Origin: Candidatus Doudnabacteria bacterium
GTDB taxonomy: Bacteria > Patescibacteriota > Doudnabacteria > UBA920 > O2-02-FULL-48-8
Assembly: GCA_039931165.1 (NCBI GenBank)
Contig: JBDTSL010000005.1
Location: 1 to 58,830 of the forward strand
DNA: 58,830 bases
Direction: 5' to 3'
The notes beneath the pieces are model-generated. The model had not been told where the DNA came from. It worked only from the letters and a program-made list of their open reading frames with translations, and did no database searches. Of the stretch, positions 18,188-27,057 are shown piece by piece. Both the position numbers and the translations under genes were made by a program. Each line of letters starts with the position of its first letter. The stretch's first letter is position 1.

Positions 18188-18286
18188 AAGTTTATCTTTA
18201 TTTCTTAATAATAAATTATTATTAATTTTCTTGTACTAGTTATACGATATACCAGGTAAATAGTTTCAGTCAAATTAAAAAGGGAG

Positions 18287-18361
18287 AGTATAAAGAATCA
18301 AGTATAAAGGGAAACAAACAGGTTTTTTTGACTTAATACTTTATACTAATCCCTTTATACT
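18287..18361. repeat. Double-arm palindrome, family E (copy 1)
   Basis: agtataaag x2 ... ctttatact x2; matches 38336-38435. Confidence 0.75.
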
Positions 18362-18383
18362 GATTTTTTTGTTCTTATGGGTT

Positions 18384-19379
18384 TTACTGGGCAAATAAAT
18401 CTTTTGCGGCATTCCACATACCCCAATCATTGTTCTTTTTGGCCATCCAGTACCACCATTCAACCCCCCACAAATAATGCCTCGAAAGCTGGGTTGCTTT
18501 GGCATATTGAACATTGTCGGCAAAAACTTTGGGATTCATTAAAGATCTTTGGATATCCAAAGAGGTATTAAACGCCCCACCGGTAAACCACGGCTCCATC
18601 TGAAGCTCCACATCCCAGACATCCGAGGTTTTTCTGAATGTCTGCAGGAATCCGGCTTTGATGCGGTAAAAAACAGCCGGAATAGGATATTTGTAATATC
18701 CGCCGTATTTAGGGTCAAAAGAAACCCGGTAAAGAGTAGCGCCCAAAATATCCGCGCCTATTCCTGCGCTTTTAAGCCAGGAACCGCGTTCACCCGAATC
18801 GGTCACTACGATCGGGCGACTATCTATTTGTTTTACTATGTCGATTTCGTCCAAAAGCTGGTCTTCTGAACTGACGGGGCAATCAGGTCCGAAGTTAAAA
18901 AATGGCTCGTTTTCGACCTGCCACTCTTTGATGACATCAAATGTTTTGAAATGCACGGTACTTGCTCTTACGAAATCAAGGAGAGCCTGGTCCTGCTCCT
19001 GACCCGGAAGTTTTTTAACCCAATCCGGTTCGGAACATTCGGGCCATCTCGGCTGCTTGCGCCCCAAGACCAGTAAAACGCCTATGTTGTTTAGTTTCGC
19101 TTGCTCTAACTGCCAGTCAATATTCGAAAAATCATAGCTGCCTCGCGTCCGCTCAAGATCTTTCCAATACGTCATCAGTCGGAGTTTTTTAGGCTTGAGG
19201 TCCGACAGAACCTCCAAAAAAGTTTGCCTGGGATTAAATCCCAATCCCTGCGCTTCCTGATATGAAAAGGTTATTCCCCATTCGACTTTGGCTGAAGGCA
19301 TGTATCGGAAATAAAAAAACAACAAGACGGCGGCCGATAAAATCAAAAAAAATCCAAAATACTTTAAAAATTTTTTCAT
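18384..19379 (-). CDS. Membrane-anchored clan GH-A glycoside hydrolase-like protein
   Basis: N-terminal TM; GRKQPRWPEC, QVENEP, ELQMEPW, LWGVEWWY. Confidence 0.75.
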   Translation of the reverse strand: MKKFLKYFGFFLILSAAVLLFFYFRYMPSAKVEWGITFSYQEAQGLGFNPRQTFLEVLSDLKPKKLRLMTYWKDLERTRGSYDFSNIDWQLEQAKLNNIGVLLVLGRKQPRWPECSEPDWVKKLPGQEQDQALLDFVRASTVHFKTFDVIKEWQVENEPFFNFGPDCPVSSEDQLLDEIDIVKQIDSRPIVVTDSGERGSWLKSAGIGADILGATLYRVSFDPKYGGYYKYPIPAVFYRIKAGFLQTFRKTSDVWDVELQMEPWFTGGAFNTSLDIQRSLMNPKVFADNVQYAKATQLSRHYLWGVEWWYWMAKKNNDWGMWNAAKDLFAQ

Positions 19380-20269
19380 AAAGTCAGCAGGCCCAGGCCC
19401 ACCGCGATGAGTATGATCGCGATCACTTTCAGTGTGATGATTTCAAACGAAATTTTTTCTTTCAGAATCTTCGGGAAATAAACAGAAAGCAAGCTGGTCA
19501 AAATCAAAAGAAACACAAACTGCACTCCCTGCAGGCTATTGACCACGACCACCGAGCCTAATGAGACCGCGTAATTTTGCAGAAACCCGCCGATGGTCCC
19601 GCTGACCCGTGAAGAATAGTAGAGCACAACGTTCTTGACACCGGCTTGTTTCGGGGCATTGAAAATTACATCGCGGTTTTTCTTAAACAGCAGGATCGGC
19701 AGGGCGGCGACAAAAAATCCCATGCGGGTCCAGACCATGCCGGAAATAAAATTGCTGTGATTGAAAATGTATTTGGTCAGAACCGAGGTCAAAGCAAAAA
19801 AAACTGATGACAGAGCCGCGTAAAATAAAACTTTTGCCGACCAGATTCCGTGTTCTTTCCGAAATGAGATCAAAACGGTGCCGGTGACCAAAAAACCAAA
19901 AGCGACAGTGTGCATAATGCTCAATTTTTCGCCCAAAATCAGATAAGCAAAAACAAATGAAAACACCGGGATCAATCCTCCTTGGATCGGCACGACCCTG
20001 GACACGGAGCTTTTGGCGATAGCCGAATAAGAATAATAAATTCCGGCAATGAAAACTATCCCCGCAATCAGAGAAACGCCAAAATCATAGATACTCAAAA
20101 GCCTGGCCCCGAAAGGCACCAGGATCAAAGACAATGGCCCTGTGATTGCGGTGTAGAAAGCGTATGCGATAGGCTCTCTGACGACCTTGGACACCATAAA
20201 CTTATCGGCAATCCCGGTAAAGGCCAATAGAAAATAACCGCCAAGGGCTATAAATATCCAGCTAACCAT
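19376..20269 (-). CDS. EamA/DMT family transporter
   Basis: About 10 TM helices with a two-fold repeat; LILGEKLS, LKEKIS. Confidence 0.8.
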   Translation of the reverse strand: MVSWIFIALGGYFLLAFTGIADKFMVSKVVREPIAYAFYTAITGPLSLILVPFGARLLSIYDFGVSLIAGIVFIAGIYYSYSAIAKSSVSRVVPIQGGLIPVFSFVFAYLILGEKLSIMHTVAFGFLVTGTVLISFRKEHGIWSAKVLFYAALSSVFFALTSVLTKYIFNHSNFISGMVWTRMGFFVAALPILLFKKNRDVIFNAPKQAGVKNVVLYYSSRVSGTIGGFLQNYAVSLGSVVVVNSLQGVQFVFLLILTSLLSVYFPKILKEKISFEIITLKVIAIILIAVGLGLLTL

Positions 20270-21521
20270 CGATTGTCACCTCCTTTATAACTGCGGCGCT
20301 TTTTCTGACCGTTCTTTTCTGCGTCGCATAGTCAATTTCAATCAGGCCAAACCTGGGCCCAAATCCGTAAGTCCATTCATAATTATCCGTAAGGGACCAG
20401 TAGAAATATCCCCGAACATTGACGCCTTCCAAAATCGCTTTTTGGATCCACCTTAATGATTCCCGGATAAATTTTGCCCGTCGGTTGTCGGCTGCGTCAG
20501 CCAGTCCGTTCTCGGTGATATAGATCGGCAGATTATATTTCTTGAGATCGCCAAGCAAGTGATAAATCCCTTCGGGATATAAAAACCAGCCCATATCGGA
20601 ACGGGTTTCCTGCTCGCCCAGAGCCACCTGTTCGCCGGTAAAATTATTGTTCATTTCACGGTATAAATGTTTGAAATCAAATTTCACGAGGTTAAAAAAA
20701 TAGTAGTTGAGGCCGATAAAATCCATCCGTTTGCGCAATTTTCGCAAGAAATAATGATTACTGATCCAATCCGCGAAAAAAACCACAATCCGGTCAAAAA
20801 AATTATCTTTGCGGAAAGGCGCGTAAAAACTGCTATTCTTGGCAATACCGACTTTCGCGTCGGGATATGCCGATTTGATCGAATCAAAAGCCTTATTATG
20901 GGCTTGGATCAAATTCTGCAGAACTCGCCAGTAAATGAGCTTGCTTTTTTTAAACGGCGGGAACTTTGCGGCTGAATATGCCTGCTGGCAATATACCTCG
21001 GGTTCATTTAGCGTGACCCACAGATCTATTTCTCCACCCAAGTTTTGCGCCACAAACCAAGTGAAGCGGGCGAAAGCTTCGATGCCTTGTTCGGTTTCAA
21101 ATCCCCCTTTATCCGATAGCCAAGCCGGCAGTGTCCAGTGCCAAAGAGTGGCCATACGCGTCATCCCGTTTTCTTTCATCGAAACCAAAACTTTCTTGTA
21201 ATGTTCAACCGCTTCAGTGTCCCATAGGCCTTCTACCGGCTCAATTCTGGCCCATTCAATGGAGATCCTGGCCGCGGTCAGTCCTATTCCGGCCCCAAGC
21301 TTAAAGTCCTCTTCGTAGCGGTTATAATGGTCTGCCGCCTCACCAGATTTTGGCAGCTTTCCCAGCTGTTCCTCCCGCCACCAGTCGGAATTGGTATTAT
21401 TGCCTTCGGTCTGGTGAGCCGATGAAGCCGCGCCCAGCAAAAAACCCTTCGGGAAATTTACCCCCTCACCAACTGCTTTGGTGCGGGGGTGTATTTTTGT
21501 TTCCGATTTGTGGGATTCCAT
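20262..21521 (-). CDS. Glycoside hydrolase family 1 (beta-glucosidase-like)
   Basis: FPKGFLLGAASSAHQTEG, TLNEP (acid/base), ITENG (nucleophile), FGPRFGL. Confidence 0.93.
   Translation of the reverse strand: MESHKSETKIHPRTKAVGEGVNFPKGFLLGAASSAHQTEGNNTNSDWWREEQLGKLPKSGEAADHYNRYEEDFKLGAGIGLTAARISIEWARIEPVEGLWDTEAVEHYKKVLVSMKENGMTRMATLWHWTLPAWLSDKGGFETEQGIEAFARFTWFVAQNLGGEIDLWVTLNEPEVYCQQAYSAAKFPPFKKSKLIYWRVLQNLIQAHNKAFDSIKSAYPDAKVGIAKNSSFYAPFRKDNFFDRIVVFFADWISNHYFLRKLRKRMDFIGLNYYFFNLVKFDFKHLYREMNNNFTGEQVALGEQETRSDMGWFLYPEGIYHLLGDLKKYNLPIYITENGLADAADNRRAKFIRESLRWIQKAILEGVNVRGYFYWSLTDNYEWTYGFGPRFGLIEIDYATQKRTVRKSAAVIKEVTIDG
21460..21490. repeat. Minimal TIR element, family B, in frame in the GH1 N-terminus
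   Basis: accccctcacca-actgctt-tggtgcgggggt; same ends as 39909-40017 and 42251-42346. Confidence 0.75.
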
Positions 21522-21603
21522 GACCCCTTAATTATATCTGTTGACCTTAGTATAATCAAATCTCGGCCCAAAACCAGGACGGATTTTTCGGCAATTCACT
21601 TCG

Positions 21604-22104
21604 CTAGAACCCTTGTTCGTCTGCCGAAGGCCCGTAAACTTGCGGCACAGGGATATCTTTCAGGCGCATAAATACCGTCAGCTGGCCGCGGTGATGGACC
21701 AAATGCCTGACAGATGAGCCTATGTTTTCCAGTTTTGAAGAAGTGAAGAGGACCTGGCCGTTCATTTTAAGATAAAAAGTCTGCGCAAGATCAAGATCGG
21801 AAATGTTTATAAGGGCATTTTTCGCGGCTTTCATATTATCATCGAAAAATCTTGCAAGCTTCTCAGTGGAATCCGGCCTCATATGTTTAAATGCGGCGAA
21901 GTCGATCTCGCTTTCGGTGATCGCGGTCAGGATCCATCTTGGGATTTCAGCCACTATGAAAGCAAGGCTGCCCAAACTCATGGATCTGGGATGCGGTTTC
22001 CAATCCCATAATCGTTCCGGAATTCTTTCCAGGCACTTATGCGTCGCAGACGTCTCCGCTTCCAGTTCGTTTAAAAGTTGTGTGACCAATACTGTGCTGT
22101 CCAT
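21604..22104 (-). CDS. DinB family protein
   Basis: WDWKPHPRSMSLG...HLVHHRGQLTVFMRLKDIPVPQVYGPSADE; start moved to the ATG at 22104 (RBS aaggaaggaa). Confidence 0.9.
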   Translation of the reverse strand: MDSTVLVTQLLNELEAETSATHKCLERIPERLWDWKPHPRSMSLGSLAFIVAEIPRWILTAITESEIDFAAFKHMRPDSTEKLARFFDDNMKAAKNALINISDLDLAQTFYLKMNGQVLFTSSKLENIGSSVRHLVHHRGQLTVFMRLKDIPVPQVYGPSADEQGF

Positions 22105-22192
22105 ATTGTTCCTTCCTTCTCTTTCTATAAGGAATAATAGCAAACAACCGTGACATTTTCCACTCTTTGACGAAATGTGCTAAATTATCGGT

Positions 22193-23266
22193 ATGAAAAC
22201 AAAAATTTTAACGTCAATAATTTTACTATCGGTTCCGGTCTTTGCCAGCGCGGCGACTCACCCTGTTGGCACAAATGTAATTAACAACGGCACTGTTTCA
22301 ATGGTTACGGCTGACAGCCACCTGCGCCCTTACACCTCTGCCGGAGCCTTCCTATCTTATGGCTTTAATAGTTGGGCCAAAGTACCATCCGCCAACCCGG
22401 ATGACCTGGCACTTCCGACTGGTGATTTCATCCCTCCCCGCGACGGCAAGGTGATGTGTTCGGACAGAGGCGCGGACAAAGGAACCTGTTATCTGATCAC
22501 CGAAAGCAAGAGAGCTGGTTTTACAAGCAGCGACATATTCACAGGACTTGGATTTAATTTTAAATACGTCCTTACGGGCGATGTTTCCTTTCTCTCCGCG
22601 ACGCAAAATATAGACAACGCGGCACAAGCGCATCGACCCGGAACCCTGGTCAATGATGATGGAACTATTAAACTTGTAGCATCCGGCGGCAGCGTGGGCA
22701 TTCCTTCCATGGATGTTCTGGATTCCTGGGGGTACTCGCTGACAGATGTTGTAGCTGCAAATCCCGCGGACAAAACGATGACGCAGATTGATATTCTCTC
22801 CAACCGAATAGCGGGCCAGCTCGCTTTCACCCCTTCGTCTCCCTCTCCTTCCTCGCCTACACCAATATCCTATCAAACTCCATCCGGAGGGCCTTATCAG
22901 ACGCCGATACCTACCATCATCATCACAAACCCATTTACGGGTGTTCCGCGTTTATTTTTTGTAAGCACTGATCCGCAGATAGGCAAAACTCAATATGACT
23001 TTGCGATTGATTTATCAATCCCTGAAACTGTAGACGACCAGCAGGCTCAGGTTTATAGTTTCAGGTGCGTTACACCCTTAAATCCGGGCGGCATAAGTTT
23101 CCCGACAACCGGCCTTTACGCTTACGATAATCTTACAATATTAGGAAGCATATTCCCCATAGATCTGGGTCAAGGCCGCTACACATGCGAGTTCAGGTTT
23201 AAGCAAGGGACTTTTATATCAAATTCCATTAACTTTAATTTTGACGGGACAAACCTAAGTTTCTGA
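22193..23266 (+). CDS. Secreted protein with three lineage-type repeats, a Pro/Ser linker and an Ig-like C-terminus
   Basis: Signal peptide; HPVGTNVINNGTV / RDGKVM..DKGTCY / HRPGTLVNDDGTI repeats. Confidence 0.8.
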   Translation: MKTKILTSIILLSVPVFASAATHPVGTNVINNGTVSMVTADSHLRPYTSAGAFLSYGFNSWAKVPSANPDDLALPTGDFIPPRDGKVMCSDRGADKGTCYLITESKRAGFTSSDIFTGLGFNFKYVLTGDVSFLSATQNIDNAAQAHRPGTLVNDDGTIKLVASGGSVGIPSMDVLDSWGYSLTDVVAANPADKTMTQIDILSNRIAGQLAFTPSSPSPSSPTPISYQTPSGGPYQTPIPTIIITNPFTGVPRLFFVSTDPQIGKTQYDFAIDLSIPETVDDQQAQVYSFRCVTPLNPGGISFPTTGLYAYDNLTILGSIFPIDLGQGRYTCEFRFKQGTFISNSINFNFDGTNLSF

Positions 23267-23359
23267 TTGACAAACGGCGCAAAATAGGTAATAGTAAAAT
23301 TGTGAATAAGTGATTTCAGTCCATATTAAGGGCTTTTTAAAGCATTTTGAGGCAAATAT

Positions 23360-25417
23360 ATGAAAAAGACTCTATTTATAGCAATCTCATCAATCCTGAT
23401 TTTCCTCCCTAATGCCCGGTCTTCGGCATCAGGCGTTTTATCTTTGAGCCAAAACAATGTCACATTAAGCCCGGGACAAACCACTACCGTAACCGCATAT
23501 CCGCCAGCCGGGCAAATCGCCAACGTGACCTCCATAACCAATTCCACCGGAGTATCTGCCACTGTTGGCAACAACGTTATCACTATCAACGCCCTAAATT
23601 CTGGCGTTTCCGGCATCTCTCAGATAAGTGTCTGCACCTTTGACAGCACATGCGGCACAATTAACGTCACGGTTGCCAGCGGCTTCAACAATAATTGTTA
23701 TAACTGCAATAATTACAACAATTACGGCCAACTGACTTTTAGCCAAAACAATATCAGTCTTGGCGCTAATCAAACTATGACTGTCAGTGTCTTCAATACA
23801 AACTCCGGTTCCATCTACATTTCCAGCAATTCCAATCCCGGGATAGTCAGTGCTTTTGTTTCCGGCAGTGTGATAAATCTCTCAGGGTTAAGTTATGGAT
23901 CGAGCACGGTCACCGTTTGCGGCTCATTCGGCCAGTGCGGATATTTATACGTAACCGTCAGTTCTTCGTCCGGAGGCTTGCTGAGTATAAGTCCGAGCAG
24001 TCTCAATCTCGCAATCAATCAAACCAGCACGGTTTATGTTTCAGGCACAAACAATGGATCGGTTTACATCTCGAACAATACCAATTCGAATATTGTCACC
24101 GCAAACATAATCGGTTCCGCGATTAACCTGACCGGCATTAATTTCGGCAGCGCCACTCTGACTGTTTGTGCTTCAAATTCTCAATGCGCTTCTCTGTATG
24201 TCTCTGTCAATACTGGCAACAATAATTCCGGCCTGCTCTCATTCAGCCAAAATAACATCAATCTAACGATCAGCCAAACGATGTCAGTTAGTGTTTACAA
24301 CACAAATTTCAGTTCCATCTACATTTCCAGTAATTCCAATTCCGGCGTGGTCACGGCGTACGTTTCCGGCAGCAGTATCAATCTCACAGGTATCAACAAC
24401 GGCTCAAGCACCATTACGGTCTGCAGCTCCAACGCCGCTTGCAACTACTTATATGTTACCGTCGGCGGGTACAATAATAACAACGGCCAGATAAGCCTCA
24501 GCCCGAGCTATGTGAACATGAACATCGGGGATTATTCCAACGTCACGGTCTACAGTACCAACGCGACGAATTTGTATATTTCCAGCAATTCCAATCCCTC
24601 CGCCGTGTCGGCCGTTGTTTCCGGCAACCTGATGAGCCTGCATGCCCTGAATTCCGGCAGCTCGGTTATTTCCGTCTGCTCTTATAATTTCGGACAATGC
24701 GCGAATCTAAGCGTCACAGTCGGCGGTTCGGGCTTCAACAATTTCTCAAATATTACTTTTAGCCAAAATTCCGTTGCTCTCAATACAGGCCAGAGCATGA
24801 CGGTTTCGATTTATTCCGGCAATTCATATACAAACGCAAACTCTTATTACATCTCAAGTAACTCCAATTACTCCGCGGCTTTGGCTACCGTGAACGGCAA
24901 CTCTCTGTTTTTAACCGGACAAAATACCGGAACTTCTACGATTAACGTATGTCAGACCGGTAACGGTTGCGGCACGATTACGGTCACGGTCAATTCAACT
25001 TATCCTAACGGCACCGGCGCGGTTTTGGGCTCAAACGTATATAATAACGGAACGCTGATAAACGACAACGGTACAATTTACATCACTTACAAGAATACCA
25101 AAAGCGCGTTTGCCACCGCGACCGCATTTACCGGGATGGGATTCAGCTTCGGCAACACGATCAATGCTTCAACCGTAAATTTAAATTATTCCGGCTACAC
25201 CATCGGCAGTCCGTTTATCGCCCATCCTTGGGGCAGCTGGCTAAAAAATGGCCAAACAGTTTACTTCGCTGACAGCACCGGTTTGATTCCGATTGCCAGT
25301 ATGAATGATTTCACTGCCAATGGCGGCAGTCTGAACATGGTGGTCAATGCCAATAGCTACGACCTCGCAAGGCCAATTCAACCCGTGATGACACCGAGTG
25401 ATCCAAGGTTAAGATAA
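23360..25417 (+). CDS. Secreted Asn/Ser-rich surface protein with six Ig-like repeats and two C-terminal lineage-type repeats
   Basis: Signal peptide; six ~85-aa units each ending VC-x5/6-C-xxxxV(T/S)V. Confidence 0.85.
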   Translation: MKKTLFIAISSILIFLPNARSSASGVLSLSQNNVTLSPGQTTTVTAYPPAGQIANVTSITNSTGVSATVGNNVITINALNSGVSGISQISVCTFDSTCGTINVTVASGFNNNCYNCNNYNNYGQLTFSQNNISLGANQTMTVSVFNTNSGSIYISSNSNPGIVSAFVSGSVINLSGLSYGSSTVTVCGSFGQCGYLYVTVSSSSGGLLSISPSSLNLAINQTSTVYVSGTNNGSVYISNNTNSNIVTANIIGSAINLTGINFGSATLTVCASNSQCASLYVSVNTGNNNSGLLSFSQNNINLTISQTMSVSVYNTNFSSIYISSNSNSGVVTAYVSGSSINLTGINNGSSTITVCSSNAACNYLYVTVGGYNNNNGQISLSPSYVNMNIGDYSNVTVYSTNATNLYISSNSNPSAVSAVVSGNLMSLHALNSGSSVISVCSYNFGQCANLSVTVGGSGFNNFSNITFSQNSVALNTGQSMTVSIYSGNSYTNANSYYISSNSNYSAALATVNGNSLFLTGQNTGTSTINVCQTGNGCGTITVTVNSTYPNGTGAVLGSNVYNNGTLINDNGTIYITYKNTKSAFATATAFTGMGFSFGNTINASTVNLNYSGYTIGSPFIAHPWGSWLKNGQTVYFADSTGLIPIASMNDFTANGGSLNMVVNANSYDLARPIQPVMTPSDPRLR

Positions 25418-25436
25418 ATATAGATAAGAATTTTTT

Positions 25437-25570
25437 TTGGTGACCCCACCGGGAATCGGTTCGCCGCTTAAGCGGCTCAAACCCGGGGCAGCGACGAATG
25501 CTACGAGCGCTCGCATTCGTCGTCGTTCGGCTACGGCATAGGCCTTGCCTCACTTCTGCCCTTCGATTCC
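25437..25570 (-). mobile_element. tRNA-linked structured mini-element (tRNA-Glu copy)
   Basis: 22-bp direct repeat of the tRNA 3' end (25437-25458 = 25594-25615); inverted T-loop copy at 25562-25570; 103-nt core homologous to 48939-49042. Confidence 0.75.
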
Positions 25571-25594
25571 GCTTAGTATGCAATATGTAATTCT

Positions 25595-25669
25595 TGGTGA
25601 CCCCACCGGGAATCGAACCCGGATTCTAGCGTTGAGAACGCTATGTCCTAACCGTTAGACGATAGGGCC
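25595..25669 (-). tRNA. tRNA-Glu (CTC)
   Basis: Cloverleaf; anticodon loop TT-CTC-AA; GGTTCGATTCC; encoded CCA; TTGAAT-17-TATAAT promoter at 25683-25711. Confidence 0.95.
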
Positions 25670-25790
25670 GCGAACAACCCTTATTATACCGATTTTGTTT
25701 GCTTGATTCAATCGTCTTTTTCATATTAGGCTAAACTCAGTTCCCTAGCCTCGCCCAACCCGGTCCGATCCATCTCGCGGAGCGTTGGCG

Positions 25791-27056
25791 TTATTTATTA
25801 AGCCAATTTTCCGACTGCCTGACCAGCAATTTTGAAGCATTTTCCGGGTCAGCCATGATCTCTTTCACGATCTTTTCCATGCGGGTTGCCTGCGACCCTT
25901 TGACCAAAATCGCGTCGTGCTCCTGCAATTGGTCCTGAATCGAGATTCGGGCCAGGTCAGAGTCGCCAAACCACATTACTTTCCCGCCAAATTTACGTTT
26001 GCCCAATTCGTCTCGGATGATTTTTGCGTCATCACCGATCAGGAACACCAGGTCTATCAGGTTTTCCACAATTTTTGCCGCAACTTCCCTGTGTCCGCTC
26101 TCGGTTTTATTTCCCAGTTCAGTCATGCTGCCCAGCGCCAAAATTTTGCGCCCGGAAGCAACCGATTTTAACGCTTCGAGAGCTGCAAAAGTGGAATCCG
26201 GGGCCGCGTTATATGTATCGTCGATGATCAGAGTTTGTTTGATCCCATCAATCACCCTAAGGCGCCCAGCCGGAGGCGAATAAGATTTCAATGCTTCCGA
26301 AGCCGTGGCCAGATCTATGCCGAACCTGACAGCGCAAGCAGCCGCGGCGGCCGCCGCATATACCGGTGGCCTGCCTAGTACTTCCGGCAAAAAAAACGGC
26401 ACGACATTGCCATTGTGGTGGATCTTGAAATTGACCCCCCACTTTTGGCCTACTTGCAGGATATGATAATCCGAAACCAGTATTTGAGCCTTGGGATTGG
26501 ATCCATAACCGACAACCTCGGCTTTGGTCTGAGATCTGTTCTCGAAAATTTTAGGATTATCAAAATTCAGCACGGCCAAGCCTGTTCGGCCCAGTTTTTT
26601 TATCAACGTCAGCTTTTCTTTCGCCAGTTCGTTTTGATTTGAATAAAACTGCAAGTGACTGATGCCGATATCGGTTAAAACCCCGACTTCGATCTTACCG
26701 ATCAAATCGGCCAGGTATCCGATATCTCCAGGGCGGTCGGCGCCCAATTCCACGACCAGAATTTGCGGATAGTCCGCAACGGTCAATTTCACCAAGGCCT
26801 TGATCACTATCAGAAGCCAAAGCAAAGGATTTTTACCTCCCGATTGTTCGTTAATGATCGCCAACGGAACCCCGATCTCAGTGTTGTAATTCCCAATACT
26901 TTGCCTTACCGAATATTTCGCAGACAAAACTTTGGCGATCGCTTCTTTGGTCGATGTCTTGCCGATACTGCCCGTAATCGCAACAACGCGCGGTTTGTAC
27001 CGCGCCAAAGTCATTTTGGCCAAAATATATAATATATTCTTGGTTAATTTACGCAT
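25791..27056 (-). CDS. murF: UDP-MurNAc-tripeptide D-Ala-D-Ala ligase
   Basis: ITGSIGKTSTKE, NYNTEIGVP, IDDTYNA, LGSMTELG, VKGSQ. Confidence 0.92.
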   Translation of the reverse strand: MRKLTKNILYILAKMTLARYKPRVVAITGSIGKTSTKEAIAKVLSAKYSVRQSIGNYNTEIGVPLAIINEQSGGKNPLLWLLIVIKALVKLTVADYPQILVVELGADRPGDIGYLADLIGKIEVGVLTDIGISHLQFYSNQNELAKEKLTLIKKLGRTGLAVLNFDNPKIFENRSQTKAEVVGYGSNPKAQILVSDYHILQVGQKWGVNFKIHHNGNVVPFFLPEVLGRPPVYAAAAAAACAVRFGIDLATASEALKSYSPPAGRLRVIDGIKQTLIIDDTYNAAPDSTFAALEALKSVASGRKILALGSMTELGNKTESGHREVAAKIVENLIDLVFLIGDDAKIIRDELGKRKFGGKVMWFGDSDLARISIQDQLQEHDAILVKGSQATRMEKIVKEIMADPENASKLLVRQSENWLNK

Positions 27057-27057
27057 A

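Noticed and set aside
23360-25000. Possible CRISPR or DGR-type nucleotide repeats
   Set aside because: The repeats are protein-level and diverged at synonymous sites; there is no adenine-specific variation pattern and no reverse transcriptase
25344-25583. 79-aa ORF
   Set aside because: It is a translation of the tRNA-Glu-linked element and the antisense of the surface gene end
25437-25615. Direct repeats read as a CRISPR array or an intact prophage att pair
   Set aside because: Only two copies, identical to the tRNA 3' end; no spacer series, cas genes or integrase; interior only ~135 bp
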